A DNA stretch of 63,732 bases, the filler included, from Bigelowiella natans CCMP2755 (lineage: Eukaryota; Protista; Cercozoa), in the NCBI GenBank assembly GCA_000320545.1. It is 5 parts of 5 records of this genome, joined end to end, with 100 filler letters (N's around TTAATTAATTAA, not from the genome) between each part and the next. Parts side by side here need not be neighbours in the genome. Positions count along the whole stretch, not along the records: positions 29,279 to 52,128 come from ADNK01000043.1; 4 more parts are not named here. One strand, 5' to 3'. Positions within the stretch are counted from its first letter, which is position 1. Each line of letters begins with the position of its first letter. The notes under the pieces were generated by a model. It ran no database searches and was not told the origin of the DNA. It saw only the letters and a program-made list of their open reading frames with translations. Both the position numbers and the translations under genes were made by a program. This document shows positions 33,273 to 44,974 of the stretch, in pieces.

Positions 33273-33428
33273 GGTTCGCTCTGACAGCGTTTGGGAATGG
33301 GCAGCTCAGGGCACTGAAGGCCTAGGAGCGACAGGCTGCCATTCCCGAAATATTAATTACCTTAAAATCAGCAACATTTACATTTCTACTCAGAAATACA
33401 AGCAATTACTTCTTAGCGTCTATTCATA

Positions 33429-34520
33429 TTTCTTGGCGCATCACAGAATTTGGAAATCAAATGATCTTCCTCTGCCAACGGTCTCCGAGTCAAGCGTGAT
33501 GATGCCATCTCCACACTTTGGAAATGCAGTTTTTCATCATTGTTCTCATTGTTCCTTTGTGATGAACGATTGCACCTCCCCACACTGCGGTGGCAAGCGA
33601 TGTCTTTCATCGCTGGCAAAATTTTCTTGGTTCATCGCACGTGGGCTTTTTGACAGTCACAGCAAGCGCGTGTCACAACCCCACTGCAGACATGCACGTC
33701 TTGTCTGGCAGCCACAGCTAGCTGTGACACAGCCCTGCTAGCCTGAGCATGTGCCATGATGTGCCCCATCGATCATCGTTCATCTCACATGCAAAGCGCG
33801 CATGTTGTGTGAACAGCAACTGCAGGAACCAACAATGACAACGCAGCGATCGATGACGGCCTGGCTAGCTGGCCTTGTTTGCGTTGACAACGCAAAATGA
33901 GCAACACCAACAACCACAAACAAGAATGATGATGCTAGCTAGCTAGCTAGGATGGCAGACTGGCCAAGCACTGGAGTCAAACACGATCTGATTTTCTCAA
34001 TTTGCCTTCTGAATCCAAGTTCACATTGACCTCACTGACAATGAACAATGAACAATGATGATGAACTACATTTCCAAAATGTTGCAAGACATTTGCAATG
34101 TGCGACAATTTCCGCTACAGTTGACCTCACTGATGTTTTCCGCCAGTCGCCGTGTGACAGCTAGCCAACACAACATGCACGTGTTGCACAGCTGAAGTCC
34201 GTGGCCAGCAAGTTGCAATGAGTCGGTGCGTTTCGATTCTTCGACTCATCACTTTGCCACGCTAGCATGTTGTTGCTGCTGCAAGCGTGCGTGTGTAGCC
34301 AAGCAAGTAGCAGCTATAGCACAATGAAAATGAACACAATGATTGCAATTGGTGAGCGCACACAGATGACATCACTCTACGGGCGCACAGCGTGGCCCAT
34401 GTCTAAATGTGTTGGGTTGAAGAGGTGATCGCTCATCGCTAGCTGAGCATGAGTGCTCGTTTTGGCCGCTAATTCATTCATGATGGGTTGTTGGCTGTGA
34501 ACAAACAAATGGTGCACTGA
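33429..34520. pseudogene. TpA-depleted degenerate sequence island (decayed gene or mobile-element relic)
   Basis: Manual count gives 19 TA dinucleotides in ~1090 bp, all in CTA or TAG context, and none in 33429-33718. It has an internal 35-bp inverted similarity and a 13-bp direct repeat, but no recognisable intact protein. The composition is certain; the relic interpretation is inference. Confidence 0.5.
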
Positions 34521-34652
34521 TTACACATGATGAACAAAGTGAAAAGACACATACTATCTATGGTGTGATGTTGGCATACAACCCAAAAAAACTAGAAATG
34601 GTATAAAGTAGCTGGCATCCAAAGAGGGAGGGCGAACTTTCAATCTCTGTAA

Positions 34653-35223
34653 TTATTCATCTATGGTCTTTTCATAGCCACAGGTTGAGCAATTAAGGAT
34701 GTATCTCTGAGAAACATCCGATTTATTCCCCCACGTTTCGCACTTTCCGATGTCTCTCTTCTGATATAAAATAGTTTTGAAGATAGTCTCGCTCCTACAA
34801 AAAGCGAAGAAAGAGAGAAGATATCCAAAAATCAGATTTTCATAAATAATATATGCGAGCTATTTCATACATACCCACATTCCTTGCAGAGAACACCAAG
34901 TTGCGCCTCCTTCTTATTGCTCATTTTTCGAACCTTGATCTTCTTCTGCTCCTTTACATGGTCTATCTCTCGCTGAAAAGTAGCAGTAGCAGTAGCAGTA
35001 GCAGTAGCAGTGCGCACGTTGTTAGCCTCACGGGTGCGATGTATCAGTTACTAAAGAAGTGCAGCTCTGCATGCATGCGGTCATAATATCGATGATATGA
35101 GTCTAGTATGATTTTCTTCTGAGAATTTCAATGGCAGCACCTGTCGATCTTTCGATAGAGAGAACACAAACTGCAGAGCTTTCTCTGCCTACATATACCC
35201 ATACAAAACTAATATGTAACTCA

Positions 35224-35262
<39 letters not shown>

Positions 35263-35598
35263 GTGTGTGTGTGTGTGTGTGTGTAATTGATGTACGCCGC
35301 ATGGTGGAAAGAGACCAGTACCCAAAAGTGCTACGATTCTATCGAATGGCATCGAGGGCGGTTGAATCAATCCCCACCCCGCCCCGCCATACTTACATAT
35401 TCATTACATCTTCATTATTGCTTTGTGCTACCACCTGAATCTTTCCGTTCTTTATCGCGTTTCTCTTGCTTGCTTCATGTCGAAGAGTTTGCACAAACTC
35501 TCTCGATTTCGCCACATAGTCACTAGATGTTGCACCTGTGGCTTCTCCTTTTGGTGGTTTTCCTTGGAAACAAATTATTACACACACACAGAGACATG

Positions 35599-35643
<45 letters not shown>

Positions 35644-36634
35644 GTCTCTGTGTGTGTGTGTGTGTGTCAAGTGTGTATACGGTAAATACAACAAATATGT
35701 GATAGAAAGTTGTGTAGCTACAATAATTTGATCAACTACCTTCCTTCTTTTTTGAATCACTCCCTTCTTTTCCTTTCTCCTTACCCGCTCCGGAATAGGA
35801 TGTGAACAGTTGCTCTTCAAGCTCAATCTCTGTGCAAAACCCAAATGGCATTACAGTAATAAACAAAGAATGAGAGCCTTGTAGTTGGCAATGGCTCCAA
35901 AGCGCTGCCACCGACATCTACACCTACACTATGATTGTTGTTGCTAGTGGTGGTTCCCCCCCCTCCCCTCCCCTCCCCTCCCTCCCCCCTTCCTTACCAA
36001 TTGTTCCCGGCGGTAATCCTAAAACTGCTCTTATAGCCTCTCTGACCACCTACATAGCAACCCAAACGGAGTAATTGGAAAGAAAAATAGGAATCATCAA
36101 ATTAGCACCACTGTACACAACAATAATTCATCCAAGGACCAAAAGTGTTCACCGTTCGATCGGCAGGTTTCTGTTTGCGAACGCCCTGCTGCCGTTCTCG
36201 AGTCCTTTGCTTTCGGCTGGAACTGCTGGAAGATGACAAAGGAGAAGATAATGACGCCTTCCGTGTTCTTGATGACGACGAAGAAGACCCCCCATTTCGC
36301 TTTCCTATTGATTTTTAGTTCAGAATTGTAACGCTTTACAGGTTATTATAATGCAAACCTCGCAGTATCTGAGAGAGGGAGCTTCCAGCCTGAATTACCA
36401 AACAGTCATTTGAATATAAACGGTATGGTATGCGATAGAGCATACCCTTTTGACCCTCACACGACTTTCTCCATGGCTCGGAAAGGAGCGGCTTGGAGGC
36501 GCTCTCTTTCTTTTCCGCCTACAGTTGTTAGGATCGATTTTCAAGGACTCGTCAACATTATCCTCTAAATTTATATGTCGAAGCTACCTTTCCTCAACTG
36601 GAACGAAGCGGGAAGAGCGCTGCACCCCACTCAT
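34653..36634 (-). CDS. Hypothetical protein with C-terminal four-Cys zinc ribbon (TFIIS-C-like spacing); multi-exon
   Basis: The spliced C-terminus reads AQLGVLCKEC...LFYIRRDIGKCETWGNKSDVSQRYILNCSTCGYEKTIDE*, with TAA at 34653-34655. Upstream exons include VVREAIRAVLGLPPGT and IELEEQLFTSYSG. The start is tentative. Confidence 0.6.
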
Positions 36635-37072
36635 TCCAAGAAGTGCCATTGAATCTCTTCCCAGGCCAGAGTTGCGAAGAAGCTAAAATTCGAAAAGCAA
36701 TGGATCGCAATTGGAACGCAATCAAATGAGAAGAAGATCTTTCCCTCATTCCTTAAAAGCTACAACCTTCCTCATGTAATACGAATGGCTGCTGGAGTAA
36801 TCCATCTCTCCTCCCGTTCGTCGGCGCTAACAATTCAGTCCTAAATCTTAGGGCTAGAGTGAATCGAGAACTCGTTTATCCCAATATTATCGACTGCGTC
36901 TTGAAAATTTGTGTGTCGCTCAATAAATTTACAATGATTTTGACGCAGGCATAGTTGCAGAATTCTCATGAATTCTGAGATGAGTCGCTCGCGATTATTG
37001 GAATAGAGCATTGCGGGAGGTGGCCAGGTTCTTCACCATGGTGAGAAGGAGGACCGCTTTCATCGCTAAATA

Positions 37073-37870
37073 ATGAACAGCATTCCATTATCCAAGCAAC
37101 AGTCGGTGATGGCTCAGGTCTTTGTGGCCGGGCTCCGCCCCATTGCTTTCTTGCTGGCCATTGCCCTCTTCACAGCGATGTTGTCAAGGGATGGAGACCG
37201 CTCGAAGTTGCAGTACCATAGCGACAGGAAATATTACATGAGACGGCTGTGTATGTCAAGTCTCCGGGGAGGAGGTGGCTTGGCCGATATGGACTTGGGA
37301 GACGCCACTAACTATCCGAAAGGTGCACACGACTTGCAGCATCTCGGCATGAACGGAAACTCAGAACAAATTTACCGAACACGCACCAGTGCTCTCAGCC
37401 AAGAGAAAATCTATGAGCTCAATTCCTTCGTCGCTCCCTTCTTCAAAACAGAGAATTGGTTAGGGCATACAAATCTCATGAAAGGGGCATATGTTGAAGC
37501 GGAATACCTATACCTGCAACATCAATTTCGGAACCCAGTTATAGAAGAGATTTGCCGCGACTTTGACAAACTAGCTGAGCAAAACGATCCACTTTCGCCC
37601 AACAAAACGCGGCCTGATTTGAATACAGCTGCTGGAACTATTACCCTCACTATTCCTGCTGAAACTTACGCCCCACTTGCTATGGAGGAAAGAGATCACA
37701 TAAGACCAAATGTGACCGCGGTTAAAATTTACTACCAATTCCGACCTGACAAGCCTATAGCAACTGGGGGACACTTTCGTTTTGTTGGAGCTCGTTGTGT
37801 AGTACACACTCGCACCGGAGCACCAGCTCGCGCTAAATTATGTGAAGTGAGTATAGATGACGACGATTAG
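37073..37870 (+). CDS. Intronless 265-aa orphan protein with signal peptide, basic linker ending LRGG, and acidic C-terminal tail; candidate periplastid-compartment protein
   Basis: A clean, high-complexity ORF. Hydrophobic IAFLLAIALFTAML is followed by RKYYMRRLCMSSLRGG, and the protein ends SIDDDD*. Confidence 0.75.
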   Translation: MNSIPLSKQQSVMAQVFVAGLRPIAFLLAIALFTAMLSRDGDRSKLQYHSDRKYYMRRLCMSSLRGGGGLADMDLGDATNYPKGAHDLQHLGMNGNSEQIYRTRTSALSQEKIYELNSFVAPFFKTENWLGHTNLMKGAYVEAEYLYLQHQFRNPVIEEICRDFDKLAEQNDPLSPNKTRPDLNTAAGTITLTIPAETYAPLAMEERDHIRPNVTAVKIYYQFRPDKPIATGGHFRFVGARCVVHTRTGAPARAKLCEVSIDDDD

Positions 37871-38427
37871 GTGGTTGTCAACGAGCAGAAAATCTTGCCA
37901 GGTCTTTCTCCTTTCGACACCTAGTCTGTGTGATTTTAAGTTCTCATCAATAAGTACATGAATTCGCAGGAATGAGAGATTTTGTAAAGATGTAGCTGAA
38001 GCGATTAGCGCACTCAGAATGTTAAAATGTGGAGATCGGGTCGCGATATGACTGCGGCATGTCAGAATGTTGTTGTACACTCAATACAGATTAGACATCA
38101 TGGTGTGTTTGTGCTGAATGTGTGCATGTGTGTGTGTGCGTGTTTATATTTTTGTGAATGCGTACTATGCGCTAAACTTATTTCCGCATTATAGCATCAG
38201 CATGCAGGGTTGTGCTGTACATGTGCCATATTATGCGCTTGTTGCCGTCAAAAGTAAGCGTAGCTGGCGCCATGCTAGCATGGCTACCATACTGCAGTGT
38301 TGTGATGCTATGGCTGGCAGATGATCAGATGAATAACAAGCTGAATCAAGATGCAGGGGCATGAGTTCGTACAAAATTGTTTATGTACAATGCCAAATGA
38401 GCTTTTTGTGCATTGTGAAGGCGCAAG

Positions 38428-39240
38428 CTACTTGCACAATCGCGCAGCTTTGCGTCGCTCCTCTTGTTCCCTCTTCAAGCGCTGTTGTCGTAATTCCTCA
38501 ATGGACAACGCCTTCGAGCCACTTGCTTCCGAATCACTATCACTGCTGCTTTTATATTTAGAGGAGCTCTTTCGAGACTTCTTTTTCATTTTCTTTTTCT
38601 TTTTCTTAGAAGCTTTCTTCTTTTTTTTCTTCTCCTTCTTCTTCTTCTGTTTCCCGTTACATATGCTTTCGATATCATCTTGACTTACCTTCACCCGCTT
38701 GCTGCTTGGGACTACTTGGGAGAAGACATCTATTTTCTCATCAGGACATGTTCCACACTTGAAACATCTCTTGTTATCTTTATAGTTGTGGTGAGCACAA
38801 TTTGGATCCGGGCAAATCCTGAGGTTTAAAATAAGGAAAACTATAACGTTGGAGATCATCGCAACTTGAGCACGTCCCTCCTCGCACTCCCATCCTTTGA
38901 GTTAAGTACCAATCTCCATCTCGGAACTTGCGTTTGAGTACTATCTTTTTCATCCCCATCCGAGATCCGTCGTCTTCTATCAACGGTGCTTTTGGCTTCT
39001 TGCATTTGTAACATGCTGTATTGCGCTGCAAAATAAGAATCGATGATTAATTACAGGAGAAATTTCAAAAAAAATGAAGGAAATTTTCTTACCGCAAAAT
39101 TCTTGAATTTACAGTGGACACATATCCAATCCTGCTTGTGGCCCTCTCGAATTACTGATAAATATAAGTCACAGAAGAATGAAGATATAAATCTACTCTT
39201 ACTTTCATTCTCCCCTCCCTCTCTATCTCTCTTTTTCTAT

Positions 39241-39298
<58 letters not shown>

Positions 39299-39493
39299 GG
39301 GAGGGGGGGGTGTATTATAGAGGTCATGCCGTTTTTTGTTTTGTTTCCAGTATTATAGTTTACGTTACATCAAGCAAGATGGAAATTACGACTACCAAGA
39401 TATTTTATGCGAGATTTTCCGAGGGAACTTTCAATTGAAGCCAAGGGGTCATTCCACCGCTTTGAATGTTCCTTAAGAGTCTCCATCTAGGCC

Positions 39494-39529
<36 letters not shown>

Positions 39530-40236
39530 CCACACACGTTGGCGTGAGTATTAAGGTTAGAAGTTCTGGTGCGTTGGGGATAGTCTTACCCGCTCGCGAA
39601 TTATCTTTTTACTCTTTCCAAAGGAACTCTTCTCTATTAATTTTCTGCTCTCCGCATCGACACCAACCACCAAAACCTGTGAGAAGTGGCCAAACCACAG
39701 CTAAATATGTTGCAATGAAGATATAACCTTTCTTTTCCGACTACCTCTCCCTTGTCCTGGCCCTTCTCTCCACTTCGGCGGGTGTACCAAGGGTTGGCAG
39801 CCTGTCAAACGGTTTATTAAAGCTCAGGAATAAGTTGCAGATATTATTCTTTTTTCACCACCTTATGACCAGCTTCGGCGAAGAATATCGTTGGGTGTAC
39901 GCGACGAAGAGCCTTCAAGTCCTCTTCCCTCTTTATTCTCTAATGAAGAACAATTAGCGTACGACAACAGCACAGCGGTATTGAGAGATATCCTACCTCA
40001 TGTTTTTCATTCTTGCCAGTTTTCTGAAGTTTTGTGACATCATCTACAAATAGGTCGACGTGCCGCAACTCCTCGTTGCTGATGTCGGATGACTTATTTC
40101 TCTGTTCTTGCTTGGTACTGTCCTCAACATCATCTTCCTCGGAAATTAGAAATTTGATTCCAGTGTTGCCGCGATGGGAAGGAACTTTAAGTCGGTTGTA
40201 TTCTGATGAGTTCGGGGACTGAGTACCTGAGAGGAG

Positions 40237-40277
<41 letters not shown>

Positions 40278-40740
40278 CTTCTGGATTATTTATCTAAATT
40301 TTTGAAACCTTCCGGACCACTGATCATAGACTCATCAGCCTCCACAGGCTCTGGGATGGCAAAGCCAAGGGGACCACGGCGGGATCTCTCCCGCATGTAC
40401 TATGGAACAATGAAAGAATTCCCGCATTAGACAATGAAATGTAGATATCGAACAGGCGATGAACTTTCACTGACGAAAATTGCATCCATGTTTCAGTCGT
40501 ATCAGGTTCGCCTCACCTCCAGCCGCTGCGAAGATTCCTCCTTCTCCCGTTCCTTCCGCTTTTGCTCTTCCTCAAGTTCGTGCTTCTCTTCATCTTCTTT
40601 AACCTGGTTCAAACATTATTCCCCTCACCCTTCCACATGATGCACAACAATCACTCTGGCTTCACCTTCTTCCTCTGTCTCTTTCCGTACACATTCCACG
40701 ACTTGTGGTGCAAGATGTTGAGGCCTCCATGGCCTCCCAT
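38428..40740 (-). CDS. LENG1-like Cir_N domain protein with two RanBP2-type zinc fingers and Lys/Ser-rich tail; multi-exon
   Basis: The N-terminus MGGHGGLNILHHKSWNVYG is the Cir_N/LENG1 signature. The fingers are DWICVHCKFKNFA|RNTACYKCKKPK and DGDW|ICPDPNCAHHNYKDNKRCFKCG. The C-terminus is SIEELRQQRLKREQEERRKA. Confidence 0.85.
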
Positions 40741-40952
40741 CCCCTTGCCTTCTTCCTCGTCGAATGTGAAGCCGATTTACGGTTAAAAAAAAAGGTTATT
40801 AACCCATGGCATTTTGATGTAACGACATTGACATAAATACCCTCCGTATTATTCCTGCGACAACATTTAGAGCTTGACGCTGCCCCGTACGTAGTGATCA
40901 GCTACTGTGCTCCTCCGTCCAGCTACAAAAGAGCACCACCTCCATTTGGCGA

Positions 40953-42715
40953 ATGGGGGCGTGCTCGTTCCGAGCCAGGACTTCTGGAAGTAATTTATCC
41001 TGCAACCTTTTTCTGTTTGCACACGCTCTAGCTCTGCTGATTCTACTCTCTCGGGGACGCCGGGAAGACTTGTTGCTCTCGAGCAAAGCTGCTGCTGCTC
41101 CCGATGCAGTGAGAATCAAGCCATTCAGCTCCAGATTCGTGATCAGGAGGAAACCCTTTCGGTCGTCCTGCAGAAGCCACTCAAAGGACAGGAAATCGTT
41201 CGCGATCCGCGGAATGGAGCGACAAGTTCGAGTCCAAAACTGGCTGAGTAACCTTTTCGGGGGCGGAGAGGGCGGCAGCTCGGAAGCAGCCGAATTCCCC
41301 CAAGGGACATTTGAGTATGTCCAACCTCCCATCGACACGGCTTCGATACTTCAGGGTATTGATAGACCGAAGCTGACGTCTGTGTACGAACAAATGGCTT
41401 ACATAAGGCAACATCGCTCGCCTCCGCGATTGATTGGTGTCGTCTGTCACAAGATATTTGAGAATCGTTAAATCATTGTTAGGCACAGCTCTGAACGGTC
41501 GCGAACTTGCACGATGTTATCAAGCATCCTTACATGGGTGGGAAGCCACAGACTTTCACGAAAGGTAGGCGTCGACCGCACGCTCTATCACAATTATTCT
41601 CTATGTCTTTTGATCACTGATGTGGTACTCGTAGATGCGACAACAAAGGACCTTCGTTGGTGATTGCAAGAACAACTGGAGGAGATGTAATTCACTCCGT
41701 CTCATATTTTTTTTGTTTATTTACCGTGTCGTACACAATGATGCAGTACAGAGTCGCTTCTAAACGATCCGTGCTGCTCAGGTTGTGGGCGGTTTTATGC
41801 CTTTGGAATGGAAGTCTAGCAACGACTATCGGGAGGTTCGACCGGCCACTGTTATCTGTTATTTATTGTGATCTGCTAAGAAGAATTGTTCCGGACGGAA
41901 TGGCGACTTGATTCTTTTTTCGCTTTCTGGAATTCCTTTTCGAACTTGCATCAGACCAACATGGACTTCCTATTCTATGTCTCACCGGATAATGCACCTA
42001 CTAAGTTGCAGAAGGTATTATAGGAGGGGGGACTGTCCGATTTGTAATCTAAGTTATCCATACGCTCATCATAAATTGCTGATCCAATCGGTGCTTGTTT
42101 CACGCTTCTCCTAAAACAGAAAGACTTCTCACCAGTTTATGATTATAGAAGGGGAGGACCGCAATGGGGTTCCGAGGTCAGAATAATGGAAAACGCCGAT
42201 AATTTTATTTAGATACTTGCCAGCTTTGCAAAAAATGTGTAATCGTTGTTCCTCCAGGGTCTATTCCATTCGCTGCACTCATATTATTCATTCATTTGCT
42301 GCTGTTCGAATCGTAGGCACTCATCATTGGCGAGCCAATTGGAAATGTGATGGGCGTTTTCACCGGACCGGATCCAGTTGGCGTGGGAATAGGTCATACA
42401 AAATTGAGAGCTACTTTTGCACTAGTTTTATTATGGTGAGACCTCGCAATGACAATCTATGCTGTACACGTGTCGTAGAATGACAGATTCTGCAGTTTGG
42501 CTGTTGTTTTTTACAAATCTACGTACTGTTAGTTTTCCGGTATTTCACAAATTTCACATTGCACAGGAAACTTGAAAAAAGCGAAGTCGAGGCTCGGCTT
42601 GAGCTACGAGCTTCGAGAAGATGGGGCAAAATCGCTCTTTGGTGACAAGATGGAAGCAGAGCTTCAAGAAGTAGAAGTGTATTGCTCGCCCGAAATTGCT
42701 ACGATGTATTTGTAG
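40953..42715 (+). CDS. TLDc-domain protein with bipartite (signal + transit-like) plastid-targeting leader; multi-exon
   Basis: The leader NLFLFAHALALLILLS is followed by an Arg/Ser-rich stretch ending RQVRVQ. TLDc motifs: CYQASLHGWEATDFHE, CDNKGPSLVIARTTGG, VVGGFMPLEWKSSNDYR, YDYRRGGPQWG, LQEVEVY. Stop TAG is at 42713-42715. Confidence 0.85.
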
Positions 42716-43216
42716 AATACATCTTGTGTCTGGTGTGTGACTGTGGTTGTATTCCTCAACATCATCAGTGAGCATAGTGCCGACCAACAGCTTCGGCACC
42801 ATGTGTACTCAGATCTAGATATGTGTGTAGCTGCAATGTTGCAACAACATGCATGCATGCACGCGCCCAACTAAGCAAGTAAAATATGTAGCACGGCGAT
42901 GCGACGCTTTCGCGCTGCATATCGTTGTGAGCAAAAAGGCCAAAGTCGCACTTAAATTTGTTTCAATCTTCTAATGTGATAAGGGTTTGTCTAGCTGTGT
43001 CCTATAGCTATCTTTATAAATCCTGAGTGTCTCTGCGCCGTCAACATGTCTAGCAGGAGTGCTGTACATGCGACAGCAGCTCATCAATCTTTACAATCTT
43101 TCGCTACTGAAATCGCATGAACGGTGCATGTCATGATTACAATGTTGAGGTCATGGGCGCGTTTTTGGGTTGTTACATTCTATCCAGAGTCCTGTCTACG
43201 CCATGATGACGACTTC

Positions 43217-43769
43217 TTAAAATGCAGGATTTATTATCTTACGGCACATTGGCTTGGAGCATCCGAGGCATTTTTGACCGTATTGACTGGAGTGATTCTT
43301 CTGCTCTTTCAAGTGCTTCACCTAAGCCATTTCGAGGTGCGTTCGTGCGTTAGACAGGTTCATCGTAAACGATACGAGATTCAGTGGTGTAAGTACAAAC
43401 CACAATGTCAGAGAGTGCATCGACAAATTTGGGAGATCCATTTAGACCCTACGGTAGGTTTCGTTGTTAGGGATATGGACAATCTGCATGGCCTCTTATT
43501 TAGAATTAGTGACTTCGGTGTATTTAAAGTTTGTGATTCCAGCTTCCTCCGCCTCCTCAGCGTATTCCTATTATCACAAAAACATATAAGGTAACACGCT
43601 TCTTCTTCGCACCGCATAGGTCTTCCAGTCTGAGATTGAGAAAATGAGAGAAAATGGATCAATTGGCATTATTACGATTCCAATCTCGAACAGGGTCTCG
43701 ATGTGGTCTGTAGTGAACGCGATCGGTACAGCGAGAACGTTCTTTGTACCCTACGAGATGACAAAAATG

Positions 43770-43808
<39 letters not shown>

Positions 43809-44653
43809 AAGAAAGAGAGAGAGAGAGAGAGAGAATGAATTGCGGTCTAAATTGCGAATTTGAACCTTTGTTTCATAGATTTTGGCCGATACATAATTGA
43901 GGATATGGATGTTACAGTGGCTTCGTGTGTCGGCACCTTCTTGCCTAGTGCTTTAATCGCCGAATCGGTCGAAGGTACCATCCATGGCATGAAGCCAACC
44001 TAGGGATCGGAGCAGCAGTAACAATAAGAACAATAATCATATAACAAGTGCCCGCAAGGTGAGATGAGAAGGAGCATCGTCATTTCTATGCCTGTTGTTG
44101 GTTACGGATCATGCTGTCGTGTTTCGTATTCGTACTCACTTTACTCTGCCAAGCAAGGACATGGCGATTGGAGTGCCCTGGATTAGTCGTCGAAGTACAC
44201 ACACACACACACACACGCGTAGAAAGCAGCGCCACCGCCCACAGAAAAGTCATTGGCTCAAAGCACCTCCCACATAGTGAGCATGATGACGATGACGATT
44301 ATTCACGACGCGGTACCTTTTGCCTCCCACCGATCCATGATTGCTTTGCATGTGGCCGATACCTGAGAGGCATTATGTGACGACGGGTTCGTTCACGCTG
44401 ATGAATCATCCTCGAGGGAGCTGAGACATATCGTAAGAAAAAGACAGAGAGATAGAGATGGAAGAGAGGTGGAAGAAGGGGAGAGGAGGAAAAGAATCGA
44501 GGACTATGACTTACTTCGTTAACGTATACGTCGCCCTTCTCGACAACCTGAAGGACGAGTGGATGTAAGATAGAATGCACGCACGCATGCTTACATGCAT
44601 GTATTCCTACTAATTCAACACGCTGAATATCACTATTCCTTCTGCGTCTCCCC

Positions 44654-44713
<60 letters not shown>

Positions 44714-44918
44714 GACACACACAAATCCATCTCCGAAAATGCACGCTTCGTGGAACGAACCTTCATAGGCACGGAGTGAGCGGAGAATAAGAGCACAACC
44801 TGCACATTATAGAAACAGACCCACACATACAATACAATACACAGAATTAATTATTCGGCACAAGGACAAGATAACTTAGTGCTTCATCTATCGATTAATT
44901 TCTCTCCCTCTCTCTCTC

Positions 44919-44974
<56 letters not shown>

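Noticed and set aside
33429-34520. Classical RIP or CpG-methylation decay as the cause of the island
   Set aside because: RIP would raise TA and deplete CA, and 5mC decay would deplete CG. Here TA is lost while CA/TG are high and CG persists.
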